Below, piece by piece: positions 19,119-28,432 of a DNA stretch of 64,000 bases; position 1 is the stretch's first letter; each line of letters begins with the position of its first letter. The notes beneath the pieces are model-generated. The model was given only the letters and a program-made list of their open reading frames with translations, was not told where the DNA came from and searched no databases. The stretch is from an uncultured Spirochaetota bacterium (lineage in GTDB: Bacteria; Spirochaetota; Brevinematia; Brevinematales; JAOACQ01). Made by a program: the position numbers and the translations under genes. The stretch spans positions 869,672 through 933,671 of the forward strand of contig CAWIGG010000004.1 in NCBI GenBank assembly GCA_963835575.1, written 5' to 3'.

Positions 19119-20879
19119 ATGGAAAAGATAAAGAAGATCAATGTAAAAATAAACGGCATACCGGTCAAAGTTGACGGTAATTCGACCATTCTCAACGCGG
19201 CCAGGCTGGTCCAGGTGAACATCCCAAAACTCTGCAATCATCCCGACCTTCCGCCGAGCGCGGCTTGCGGGCTCTGCATTGTGAAGATCAAAGGCTCGTC
19301 CAAAATGGTCCGCGCATGCGCGACCGCTGTCGAAGAGGGAATGGACATCACGACGCACGACCCGGAATTATTCGGGGTCAGAAGGACGGTGCTCGAGCTG
19401 ATCCTTTCCAACCATCCGAATGACTGCCTCCAGTGCGCCCGTAACGGCAACTGCGAGCTCCAGCAATTGGCGGGCGATTTCGGGATCAGGGAAGTGGACT
19501 TCTCTCAGATGCTGGTGAACCATCCCGTCGACAATTCGACCGGTTCGATCGTCCTGAACCCGGAAAAATGCGTCAAATGCGGTAGATGTGTCGAAGTCTG
19601 CCAGATCATGCAGCACGTCTGGGCGATCGAGTTCATCGGCAGGGGATATAACATGAGGATCGCGCCCGCCGCGGACACGCTTCTGAAAGACAGCCCATGC
19701 ATCAAGTGCGGACAGTGTACGGCGCACTGCCCCGTCGGCGCGCTGTATGAAAAAAGTGATAATGTCCGGGTCTGGCAGGACCTGGAGAACCAGGACCTGC
19801 ATAAAGTCGTTCAGATCGCGCCGGCAACGCGCGTGGCTCTGGGCGAGGCGTTCGGGCTGGAACCCGGCGCCGTGACGACAAAAAAAATGTACACGATTTT
19901 GAGAAGGCTCGGGTTTGACGCCGTTTTCGACACAAACTTCGGTGCAGACCTGACTATAATGGAAGAAGCCTCCGAGTTTGTCCAGCGGTTTGGAAAGAAA
20001 AAGGGCGATCTGCCGCTTATCACGAGCTGCTGTCCCGGTTGGGTGGACTACCTTGAAAAATTCTATCCCGAGATGATCCCGCATTTTTCGACGGCAAAAT
20101 CCCCTCATCAGATGGTGGGCGTCCTGTCCAAAACCTATTACGCGCAGAAGATGGGAATAGACCCGGCCAAAATATATATGGTGTCGATCATGCCCTGTAC
20201 GGCGAAGAAGTATGAGATCAGCCGGACGGACGAGATGTTCGCGAGCGGCTACCAGGACATCGATGTCGTGCTGACGACGCGCGAGCTTTCCAGGATGATC
20301 AAGGCCTCAGGCATCGACTTCCTCAATCTGCCCGATTCCGAGGCGGATTCGATCCTGGGCGACTATTCCGGGGCGGCGACGATCTTCGGCGCCACGGGCG
20401 GCGTTATGGAAGCGGCGCTGAGGACGGCCTACCACCTCATCACGAAAAAAGAGCTGGGCAATGTGGACTTTGTGGAAACACGGGGGCTCAATGGAATAAA
20501 AACAGCGAAGGTCGATATAGAAGGAAAGGAAGTGAAGATCGCCGTGGCGCATGGACTTGCCAATGTCGAATTTATTATGGAAGAGGTCAAGGCCGCGCAA
20601 AAGGAAGGCAAAGAACTTCCCTATCATATCATCGAAGTGATGGCATGCCGCGGCGGGTGCGTCGGCGGGGGCGGACAGCCCTACGGCGCGACGGACGAGA
20701 TCCGCAGGAAGAGGGCCATGGGCCTCTATGAGGACGACCGCGAAAGCATCCGGCGCTGTTCGTACCAGAACCCGTATATCAAGGAACTGTACGACGAATT
20801 CCTGGGGACGCCGTTGTCGGAAAAGGCGCATGAGCTTCTGCACACGCAGTACCATGAAAGGCCGCTGTATAATAAGTAA
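19119..20879 (+). CDS. hydA: [FeFe]-hydrogenase catalytic subunit, group A (M3 architecture; HydA/HndD type)
   Basis: H-cluster motifs ITSCCPGW, IMPCTAKKYE, EVMACRGGCVGGGGQP; N-terminal [2Fe-2S], His-ligated HxxxCxxC and two [4Fe-4S] motifs. Confidence 0.95.
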   Translation: MEKIKKINVKINGIPVKVDGNSTILNAARLVQVNIPKLCNHPDLPPSAACGLCIVKIKGSSKMVRACATAVEEGMDITTHDPELFGVRRTVLELILSNHPNDCLQCARNGNCELQQLAGDFGIREVDFSQMLVNHPVDNSTGSIVLNPEKCVKCGRCVEVCQIMQHVWAIEFIGRGYNMRIAPAADTLLKDSPCIKCGQCTAHCPVGALYEKSDNVRVWQDLENQDLHKVVQIAPATRVALGEAFGLEPGAVTTKKMYTILRRLGFDAVFDTNFGADLTIMEEASEFVQRFGKKKGDLPLITSCCPGWVDYLEKFYPEMIPHFSTAKSPHQMVGVLSKTYYAQKMGIDPAKIYMVSIMPCTAKKYEISRTDEMFASGYQDIDVVLTTRELSRMIKASGIDFLNLPDSEADSILGDYSGAATIFGATGGVMEAALRTAYHLITKKELGNVDFVETRGLNGIKTAKVDIEGKEVKIAVAHGLANVEFIMEEVKAAQKEGKELPYHIIEVMACRGGCVGGGGQPYGATDEIRRKRAMGLYEDDRESIRRCSYQNPYIKELYDEFLGTPLSEKAHELLHTQYHERPLYNK

Positions 20880-20893
20880 CACTGCAGAATGAA

Positions 20894-20995
20894 GCCGTCC
20901 CTTCGCAAGCTCAGGGCAGGCTATTGCGAGCGGAAATTTATCGTCATCGCAATAGTTTTACGCGCGAAGCAATGGTTCGACAGGCTCACCACGGC
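20894..20995. repeat. Cluster of REP-like short palindromes
   Basis: CCCTTCGCAAGCTCAGGGCAGGC, CTATTGCGA..TCGCAATAG and GGTTCGACAGGCTCACC, closed by GCCGT/ACGGC. A related copy lies at 32921-32946. Confidence 0.55.
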
Positions 20996-21048
20996 GTCTG
21001 TCAGCTCATTAAGGTTTTTTATCAGCAAACAAAAAAGAGAGGTATATA

Positions 21049-21813
21049 ATGTTCGAATCCGTAAAATCAAGGATCAGCCATGGTTTTCCATACATTCCGA
21101 ATATCCGGAAAGCGGGTGTGGACGAAAAATTCCGCGGTCTTCCATCATTAAAGAAAAATGTCTGTAAAGACTGCTCATCGTGCGTCGAGGTTTGCCCGAC
21201 CGGGGCCATCTCGCTTAAATCGTTCAGGATAGACATCGGCAAGTGCATCTTCTGCGGCGACTGTGAGAGGGAGTGTTCAAAAGGCGCTGTAAATTTTACA
21301 CCATTTCATAAAACGGCAGCCTCATCGCGGGAAGCCCTTATCGTTTCGGAAGGGGATTCTTCCGCCGATTTCGAGAAGAAGGCAATACAGATAGACGAAA
21401 AGATACGAAGTATCTTCGGAAGGTCGCTGAAGCTCCGGCAGGTCTCGGCCGGCGGATGCAGCGCCTGCGAGATGGAGCTCGGCGCCTGCTCGAACGTCAA
21501 TTTCGACATGGGGCGCTTCGGCATCGAGTTTACCGCCTCCCCCCGCCATGCGGACGGGATCGTCATAACCGGGCCTGTAACATTTAATATGGCTGAAGCC
21601 CTGGAAGACGCCCTGAGCGCAGTGCCGGAACCGAAGCTCATCATCGCCGTGGGAAGCTGCGCGATCAGCGGCGGGATTTTTCAGGACTCGCCGGCGATGA
21701 AGAGGGATTTTTTCGAGAAGCATAAAGTGGATTTGTATGTGCCGGGATGTCCCATCCATCCTTTGACGTTTATCAACGGACTGCTGGATTTTACAAGGGG
21801 CAAAAGGGATTAG
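21049..21813 (+). CDS. Fused 2[4Fe-4S] ferredoxin and NuoB-like small subunit (EhrS, HyfH/HyfI-like)
   Basis: CKDCSSCVEVCP and CIFCGDCEREC, then GGCSACEME, SPRHAD, AVGSCA, YVPGCP. Confidence 0.88.
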   Translation: MFESVKSRISHGFPYIPNIRKAGVDEKFRGLPSLKKNVCKDCSSCVEVCPTGAISLKSFRIDIGKCIFCGDCERECSKGAVNFTPFHKTAASSREALIVSEGDSSADFEKKAIQIDEKIRSIFGRSLKLRQVSAGGCSACEMELGACSNVNFDMGRFGIEFTASPRHADGIVITGPVTFNMAEALEDALSAVPEPKLIIAVGSCAISGGIFQDSPAMKRDFFEKHKVDLYVPGCPIHPLTFINGLLDFTRGKRD

Positions 21814-21949
21814 CCACGAGGCACGGAGGATGGGCTACGCCTGACAGATAAAAGCTCTATACTATGAATTCCTTTCTGTTTTATTAAAAATCATGATTCA
21901 ATCCCAATTTCACACAGATTGCACGGATGAGGCGGATTGACGCGGATTA
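21813..21949 (+). repeat. Forward-oriented phased repeat modules at the left boundary of the kinase insert
   Basis: GCCACGAGGCACGGAGG, TGGGCTACGCCTGACAGATAA, and CACACAGAT TGCACGGAT GAGGCGGAT TGACGCGGAT (near-identical to the reverse complement of 14191-14225). Confidence 0.75.
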
Positions 21950-22018
21950 TCTGTAGTAACTTATGTTTTGGCTTTTTCTAAAAAAACACTTTTTCAACAA
22001 TCTCGTAAAGCGGCGAAA

Positions 22019-23545
22019 TTACGCTAAAAGTAGACGTAACCACTTCTCTATTTCAGCATTTTCAAGTTTTTTCGTTTCTACTTCTCGTACATGCATAGCA
22101 ACTCTAGAGAGATTATATTCATTATAGAATTCGTTACTATCCAAAGCGTAATTTTCTTTATGCGGTCCACGAACTAAAGCAGAATCTTTAAATATAGCAA
22201 AATACCATTCTCCATAAATATCATCTTGCTTTTCTTTCCTTAAAATCAAATTCACGGAATATTCGTTCTTTGTACCACTTAAATTCATCACCCCAACCAA
22301 AATTATCAGTTCTTTATCGAAAATTATACCTTCAGGTTCTTGCATAACCATTCCATATTTTTGTTTCTGAAATTCTATAGATCTTCTTCTTCGTTCATCT
22401 TTATAATTAGCAATCCCATTCACATCAAAAAATGATATATCTAATGCTCGTTCCATAAAAGATACTCTTAGACTTTCTAAATTATTTCTTTTCCCATTTT
22501 TTATGATGAATTTTGCATTTTCTAAGTTTTTGTTCACAGACTCAACTAGAGAACATACAGAATTAATCAATTCATTGATAGAATAATTTAAATATCGCAA
22601 CTTCTCCTCATGTTCATCTTGTCTCTTTGAGCTTTTTGCCAATTCCTCTTCTTTTTTTCTAATAAGCTGATGAGCCATACTAGCAATCGACGTAGCTATA
22701 TTCGCGTCTTTTGTATTACTTTTAAGAAAATCGTTAAGACTCTTAAGTATTTCTTCATCATTTTTATATCGCTGGTCCTTTTTTTTATTTGACATCTTTA
22801 TGATTATTTCTTTTAATTTTATAGGAACATCGCTTCTATTTGTACTTAAATCCGGTAACGGTTCAAATAGATGACACTGTCTATAATCTTGTGGTGTTGC
22901 ACAAATATAGGGTTTCTTAAGTGTTAAGATTTCAAAGAACATTATCCCCATTGAATAAATGTCCATTGAAATCGTATTTGCTTCTCCAAGCCATGCTTCA
23001 GGAGACATATAAGCATAAGTCCCTGCACCTTTAAAAGAGAATGTTTTTGTTGATTCATCTACATATTTTGACATTCCAAAATCGCAAACCTTAGCTGTGC
23101 CATCCACATCAATTAATATATTATTCGGCTTCAAGTCTCTATGTATCACTTTTTTATGAGCATATTCCAATCCTTTCAATATATCTGTAAAAATACTATA
23201 GCATTTATCCAAAGGCAACATAACCTTCTGCGTTTTTAGAAATGCATCTAGGCTGCCATTAGGCATATATTTCATTACCAAATAAAAATAATCACCCGCA
23301 TCACTTTCTCCAGAATAGTAAGTACTTATTATATTAGCATGTGCTAGTGTGGCGGATATATCTATTTCTCTTTTTAAGGTTTGTCTATATTGCTCATCAA
23401 AGATAGGGGCAATTTTTATTGCCACTTTCGTTTTATTTATTAAATCATCAGATAGATAGACGTCGCCAAATCCACCTGCATTAATTTTTGTACCAAGCTC
23501 ATACTGTTCACTGCTTTCAGGACCTCGTAATTTATTCATGACCAC
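22019..23545 (-). CDS. Hanks-type Ser/Thr protein kinase with an unknown C-terminal region, AT-rich
   Basis: GGFGDVY, VAIK, HRDLKPNN, DFG, GTYAYMSPE, DIYSMG; no TM segment; visibly lower GC than its flanks. Confidence 0.92.
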   Translation of the reverse strand: MVMNKLRGPESSEQYELGTKINAGGFGDVYLSDDLINKTKVAIKIAPIFDEQYRQTLKREIDISATLAHANIISTYYSGESDAGDYFYLVMKYMPNGSLDAFLKTQKVMLPLDKCYSIFTDILKGLEYAHKKVIHRDLKPNNILIDVDGTAKVCDFGMSKYVDESTKTFSFKGAGTYAYMSPEAWLGEANTISMDIYSMGIMFFEILTLKKPYICATPQDYRQCHLFEPLPDLSTNRSDVPIKLKEIIIKMSNKKKDQRYKNDEEILKSLNDFLKSNTKDANIATSIASMAHQLIRKKEEELAKSSKRQDEHEEKLRYLNYSINELINSVCSLVESVNKNLENAKFIIKNGKRNNLESLRVSFMERALDISFFDVNGIANYKDERRRRSIEFQKQKYGMVMQEPEGIIFDKELIILVGVMNLSGTKNEYSVNLILRKEKQDDIYGEWYFAIFKDSALVRGPHKENYALDSNEFYNEYNLSRVAMHVREVETKKLENAEIEKWLRLLLA

Positions 23546-23624
23546 TTTTACTCCCTCATATGAAATTTGTATTACGTCTTACTTCATATAAGCAAATTTA
23601 ATATATGTGAATTTTCTCCCCTTC

Positions 23625-23653
23625 ATCTTAATAAAGCCCAATTCACCTGTCAA
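23625..23653 (-). promoter_or_regulatory. Shared accessory-gene promoter, copy 1
   Basis: Minus strand TTGACA-ggtgaattgggctttat-TAAGAT-gaa. Confidence 0.7.
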
Positions 23654-23679
23654 GACCGATATCGGGACGCAATAATCTG

Positions 23680-23834
23680 ATCCGTGAAAATCCGCATCAT
23701 CCGCCTAATCCGCGTGCCGAATCGGATCAGTACAATAAGGCGGCAATTATTATAGAATTACAATAGCTTAACAAAGGCATTGAAATGAAATAATTCTCTG
23801 TGCCCCTGTGTCTCGATAGCGAATTCTCTGTGGC
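23680..23834 (-). repeat. Reverse-oriented phased repeat modules at the right boundary of the kinase insert
   Basis: Reverse complement reads ATCCGATTCGG CACGCGGAT TAGGCGGAT GATGCGGAT TTTCACGGAT. Outer module CTCTGTGCCCCTGTGTCTCG..CTCTGTGGC. Confidence 0.75.
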
Positions 23835-23850
23835 GGTTTATCCTGTAATT

Positions 23851-24507
23851 CTATTTATCCTTCCATAGTGTCTCGCCCTTTATGAGCCATGAAACGCCGA
23901 AAGCCCATAGAGTGAATGATTCCAGAATCAAATCGGGTTTGATAATTGAAATTATTGAAGTCTTTAAAAAGAATTCATATATTCCAATCAAGATTATAGA
24001 AATGACTATTATGATACCGCAGGCTCTATATATTCTATTTCTCACTATTTTTTGACCGGTCATTATTTTGGCGTTGCTTTTTGTAAACAGGAAGAAGGAT
24101 ATAAAAGCCAGTATCCCGAAGAATAAGCCGGCGCATATAAAATGAATTACCCCGGAAATATGATCGCTGATCTGAAATGTCCCGACTATTACGGCCTGAT
24201 CACTTCCTGTAAATGTCGGAAACAGAGTCACTCCAAGAGCGCAGGCCCCGCAGATTGTCGCTATAATATCGTCAAAATTACCGTAACCTTTGTAAGAGAT
24301 TAAAAACAGGGCCAATCCGCATGTAATGCCGATAAAAACATCCCTCAAATTCGTATAATAATAACTGCTGATCGATTCCTGGATCGCTTTTCCCGCGATC
24401 AAACCGCCGATGAATAAAATAAACGGCAGGATAATCCCTAAAATACCGAGAATCCGGCGCATTGTTAAATACGATATTGTCAGACAATTGCTCTTTGGAA
24501 CAGGCAT
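23851..24507 (-). CDS. Membrane protein (DUF998-like)
   Basis: About six TM segments; ISYLTMRRILG, SISSYYYT, IHFICAGLFF, FGVSWLIKG. Confidence 0.7.
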   Translation of the reverse strand: MPVPKSNCLTISYLTMRRILGILGIILPFILFIGGLIAGKAIQESISSYYYTNLRDVFIGITCGLALFLISYKGYGNFDDIIATICGACALGVTLFPTFTGSDQAVIVGTFQISDHISGVIHFICAGLFFGILAFISFFLFTKSNAKIMTGQKIVRNRIYRACGIIIVISIILIGIYEFFLKTSIISIIKPDLILESFTLWAFGVSWLIKGETLWKDK

Positions 24508-24644
24508 TGTTTCCTCCTTAAAGTTTTAGGTATTACTTCTGATATAATGCAAATTACAGAAATTTAGAGATTGCCGGGCGATTTTGCCAAAAGTGTACTC
24601 GCCGCAGCCGGCAACTTGATTTTAGACGTTGTAAAGAAAAAGTG

Positions 24645-25109
24645 TTATTCAACAACATTAAATCCCAATTTTGCATATAATTTCATCGCCGGTTCATTCC
24701 CTTCGAGTATTTTTAATGTAACTTCCATACTTCCTTTTGAAAGTATTTCATTAACTGCATATTTTGTTAATTTTGAGCCATAACCTTTTCGCTGAAATTT
24801 CCTATCAATACTGAGAGATTGAATATAATTATTAAGAAATAGTATAGACCCTATTAAATAATTGCCTATATCAAAGAGGAAATAAAATGTATCCTTATTT
24901 TTATTAAAAAATGATTTTATCTCACTTAATTCTGATTCGGATGATTCGTTTATCCTGTGAGGAGTTATATTGTTTTTTCCCCGTAATTCGTAAAATAAGT
25001 CTGATTCCAAATCAAGTTCCATTTTAAAATAATCATCACAATATTTTACCGGATTAATTTCCGGATCTTCATATATGGGTCCTTTATAAACTAATTTTAA
25101 TTCATTCAT
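24645..25109 (-). CDS. GNAT-family N-acetyltransferase
   Basis: FQRKGYGSKL acetyl-CoA motif; NEPAMKLYAKLGF. Confidence 0.85.
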   Translation of the reverse strand: MNELKLVYKGPIYEDPEINPVKYCDDYFKMELDLESDLFYELRGKNNITPHRINESSESELSEIKSFFNKNKDTFYFLFDIGNYLIGSILFLNNYIQSLSIDRKFQRKGYGSKLTKYAVNEILSKGSMEVTLKILEGNEPAMKLYAKLGFNVVE

Positions 25110-25123
25110 TTGTCAGCCGCTTT

Positions 25124-25462
25124 TCAGAGGGCGTCTTCCCCGGTCTGGCCCGTCCTGATGCGGATGGCTTCCTCAATAGTGCTGATAAATATCTTCCCGT
25201 CGCCATGCTGGCCGGAATGGCAGATCGTCCGTATTTTTTCCACGATCTTTTCAACAAGCGCCTCGCCGGTGACTATTTCCAGCTTGGTTTTCGGGACCAG
25301 CGAAACATCGCCCTCGGCGAACTCGATGATGCTCTGGTGCCCGCGCTGGTGGCCGAAGCCTCCTGCCTCGATAACGGTAATTCCCTGGACCCCCAGGTCT
25401 GAAAGGGCCTTCTGGATTTCAGCCAGTTTGGAACGGCGGATAATCACCTCTATTTTCTTCAT
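25124..25462 (-). CDS. P-II family signal protein (GlnB/GlnK-like) with an atypical T-loop
   Basis: MKKIEVII, GFGHQRG, PKTKLEIV, GDGKIFI, IRIRTG; 112 aa from the ATG at 25462, which follows a GGAGG. Confidence 0.88.
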   Translation of the reverse strand: MKKIEVIIRRSKLAEIQKALSDLGVQGITVIEAGGFGHQRGHQSIIEFAEGDVSLVPKTKLEIVTGEALVEKIVEKIRTICHSGQHGDGKIFISTIEEAIRIRTGQTGEDAL

Positions 25463-25695
25463 GAAGGGGCCTCCTGAACTGTCAATTATAAAAAATATAA
25501 CCATATCTTACTGATGATATAAAAAAATTACAATAAAATAAAAAATGCCGTATTTCCCGCGAAGATTTTCAATACAAAATTTCAACGGGATATTATTTCA
25601 CAGTCATATTATTTCAATTTATATTTCTGATCCGGAAAACTTTCAGATAAAACTGAAAATATTTCATTCAGGCCCCCATCCTTAATACGTAATGT

Positions 25696-25724
25696 TTGAT
25701 TTTTCCGCCGTTCCGTGCTAAAAT
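25696..25724 (+). promoter_or_regulatory. Sigma70-type promoter (extended -10) for the ehr operon
   Basis: TTGATT-N17-TAAAAT with TG just upstream of the -10. Confidence 0.55.
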
Positions 25725-25765
25725 TTTGAATTAGTTTTTTAGAGGGGCAGGTCATAGAGTAGAGT

Positions 25766-26440
25766 ATGGATCTGAAATTAAAAGATGTCTGCGGCCTTCT
25801 GGGCGTCGAAGAAAAAAAGCTTGTCGGCTGGATTAAAGAGAATAAAATACCGGCTTATGAAATCCAGCATCAATATTTTTTCAACAAAGCCGAAATTCAC
25901 GAGTGGATCCTTAAAAACAACTGGCCGGTCTCAAAAAGCGCGCTGGACCTGGCTTTGACGAACGAGCCGGTCTCGCTCGTTTCCCTTCTGGACAAAGGCG
26001 GGATTTTTTATCAAATCCCGGGCAGGGATGCCAGGTCGGTTATAAAGAATTCCGTAAAAAACATTCCTCTCCCGCCCGGACAGACCCAGGATACGGTTAT
26101 TTCGACGCTGCTGGAAAGGGAGGAGATGATGCCGACGGCGGTCGGTAAGGGGATTGCCATTCCCCATCCGCGGAACCCGATCGTTTCCGATATTGAAAAC
26201 GAGAGCGTGTCCCTCTGCTTTTTAAAAAATAAAATAGATTTCGGGGCGCTGGACGGACTGCCTATAACGGCGCTCTTTATTGTCCTCAGCGCGAATGCCA
26301 GAAGGCACCTGGAGATTTTATCTAAAATATCCTATCTCTGCCAGAATAATGATTTCAGCGGACTGATGGAAAAACAGGCGTCCAGGGATGCGCTTCTGGC
26401 TTATATTGAAGGAAAAGAAAAGGATTGGATAAAAAGGTAA
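25766..26440 (+). CDS. Excisionase-type HTH fused to a PTS EIIA (Ntr/Fru-type) domain
   Basis: N-terminal LKDVCGLLGV..WIKENKIPA..YFFNKAEI; LLEREE.PTAVGKGIAIPHPR (phospho-His), DFGALDG, HLEILS. Confidence 0.85.
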   Translation: MDLKLKDVCGLLGVEEKKLVGWIKENKIPAYEIQHQYFFNKAEIHEWILKNNWPVSKSALDLALTNEPVSLVSLLDKGGIFYQIPGRDARSVIKNSVKNIPLPPGQTQDTVISTLLEREEMMPTAVGKGIAIPHPRNPIVSDIENESVSLCFLKNKIDFGALDGLPITALFIVLSANARRHLEILSKISYLCQNNDFSGLMEKQASRDALLAYIEGKEKDWIKR

Positions 26441-28432
26441 ATGGGCATGCTGTTTTTTTATATATCCCTTATCATCTTATTGATCGGCGGGCTATTCTGT
26501 CTCATCGTTCCGGAAAAGGTAAAGAGCGTCGTTAATTTTATTTTTTACGCTGTCAGCTTTCCTTTAATTCTTGTTCCTTCCATTGAAGTCCTGACAAAGA
26601 ATACAGTTTTGAGCGCCTCATTTTCATTGAATTCCCTTTTCGGCCCCGTGAATATCGTCATCGATCCGCTTTCGGCTTTTTTTGTTGTCATCATCTCGCT
26701 TGTCGGATTGCTGGCCTGCCTTTATTCCATAGGTTATATGAAGCCTTATATCAAAGAGCGGAAAAGATTGTCCTCGCATTACTTTTTTCAGAATGTCCTT
26801 ATCATTTCCATGCTCCTTGTCGTGACCCTGCAGAACGCTTTTGCGTTTCTCATCGCGTGGGAATTGATGTCGCTCTCATCATTTTTCCTGGTGATCTTTG
26901 AGAGCGAGAAAGAGGAAGTGATCAAAGCGGGAATGAATTATCTCATCAGTATGCATATCGGCCTGATTTTCATCATTTCAGGCTTTATATTTCTGTCAAT
27001 CCAGTCGGGAAGTTTCGGTTTTGATTCATTTAAAAAAGTTTTTGAATCTAATAAAACAACCGCGGATATTCTATTCATCCTGTTCTTCGCCGGATTCGGG
27101 ATAAAGGCTGGTTTTTTCCCTCTGCATACATGGCTGCCCAGGGCGCATCCGGCCGCGCCAAGCCCCATCTCGGCCATCATGTCCGGGGTGATGATTAAAA
27201 CAGGGATTTACGGAATCCTTCGGGTCTTGAGCTGGACCGGCACGCCGTCGTTTTTTATTTCCTATTTTGTTCTGATAATCGCCCTTCTTTCCGGGATTAT
27301 AGGGGTCATATACGCGATAGCCCAGCACGACCTGAAAAAACTGCTGGCCTATCACAGCGTGGAAAATATCGGCATCATCGGCCTGGGCATCGGTGTAGGG
27401 ATGCTGGGGCTGTCTTATCAGAATAGTCTTGTGTCCGTACTGGGTTTTTCCGGCGCGGTGCTCCATGTGCTGAACCATGCCCTGTTCAAAGGGCTTCTCT
27501 TTTTCGGGGCCGGCGCGGTTTATAAAGAAACCGGAACAAGAAATATTGAGAAATTGGGCGGTCTGGTCAAAGCCATGCCGTTTACGGCGGCTTTCTTCCT
27601 CATAGGCTCCATCGCTATTTCCGGTCTTCCGCCTTTGAACGGATTCATCAGCGAGTTCCTGATCTATTTCGGCCTGTTCAAGGGGTTCAATCCTGCGAAT
27701 TTGATCTATACGGTCATACTCATTTTGACTATTGCCGGATTATCGCTTATCGGCGTTATGGCCATGCTCTGTTTTACTAAAGCCTTCAGCGTGGTCTTCC
27801 TGGGGAGCCCCCGTTCGGAACCGGCGCGGAAAGCGCTTGAAGCGCCTGTCAGCATGATCATTCCGATGTTTATTATGGGGCTGTTGATCGCCTTTATCGG
27901 CTTATTTCCGCAGGCCGTGTTTTCTTTTATCAGGCCTGTTGTTATGATTTTATCCCCGGCGGCGGATATTGCACTGGATACGGCGGTATTGAATGTCCTC
28001 GGTTCGATCTCGAAAGCGCTGTTCATTTTTATCGGAATGTTCGCTGTTGTTTTTTTGCTGCGTTTCCTTCTATTAAGGAAGAGAAAGGTCAGTATTCAAA
28101 AAACCTGGGACTGCGGCTATCAGGCGGGTACACCGCGGATACAGTATACGGCTTCTTCTTTTGCGGAGCCTTTCCTGCTGCTGGCAAAAAAGCTGATTGA
28201 TTACAAAACTATCATCAAGCCGCCCGCGGGTTTATTCCCGAAAGAAGCATCACTGGAAAGAGATTCCGCTGACATGATCGAAACAAAGGCGATTATGCCG
28301 ACTGTCAGCCTGCTTAATAAATTTTTAAATCTTTTCTCCTGGATACAGAGCGGCAGGACGCAGAATTATTTAATATACGGGATAGTCTTTCTGCTTCTGG
28401 CACTCCTGTTTGTCATAGGGGTCCGGCTATGA
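26441..28432 (+). CDS. Antiporter-like membrane subunit (HyfB/NuoL-like) of the Ehr complex
   Basis: AWELMS, KAGFFPLHTWLPRAHPAAPS, DLKKLLAYHSVENIG, LPPLNGFISEF, TWDCGY. Confidence 0.9.
   Translation: MGMLFFYISLIILLIGGLFCLIVPEKVKSVVNFIFYAVSFPLILVPSIEVLTKNTVLSASFSLNSLFGPVNIVIDPLSAFFVVIISLVGLLACLYSIGYMKPYIKERKRLSSHYFFQNVLIISMLLVVTLQNAFAFLIAWELMSLSSFFLVIFESEKEEVIKAGMNYLISMHIGLIFIISGFIFLSIQSGSFGFDSFKKVFESNKTTADILFILFFAGFGIKAGFFPLHTWLPRAHPAAPSPISAIMSGVMIKTGIYGILRVLSWTGTPSFFISYFVLIIALLSGIIGVIYAIAQHDLKKLLAYHSVENIGIIGLGIGVGMLGLSYQNSLVSVLGFSGAVLHVLNHALFKGLLFFGAGAVYKETGTRNIEKLGGLVKAMPFTAAFFLIGSIAISGLPPLNGFISEFLIYFGLFKGFNPANLIYTVILILTIAGLSLIGVMAMLCFTKAFSVVFLGSPRSEPARKALEAPVSMIIPMFIMGLLIAFIGLFPQAVFSFIRPVVMILSPAADIALDTAVLNVLGSISKALFIFIGMFAVVFLLRFLLLRKRKVSIQKTWDCGYQAGTPRIQYTASSFAEPFLLLAKKLIDYKTIIKPPAGLFPKEASLERDSADMIETKAIMPTVSLLNKFLNLFSWIQSGRTQNYLIYGIVFLLLALLFVIGVRL

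Noticed and set aside
20889-21167. 92-aa ORF between hydA and ehrS
   Set aside because: It runs through a REP-like palindrome cluster and overlaps ehrS out of frame.
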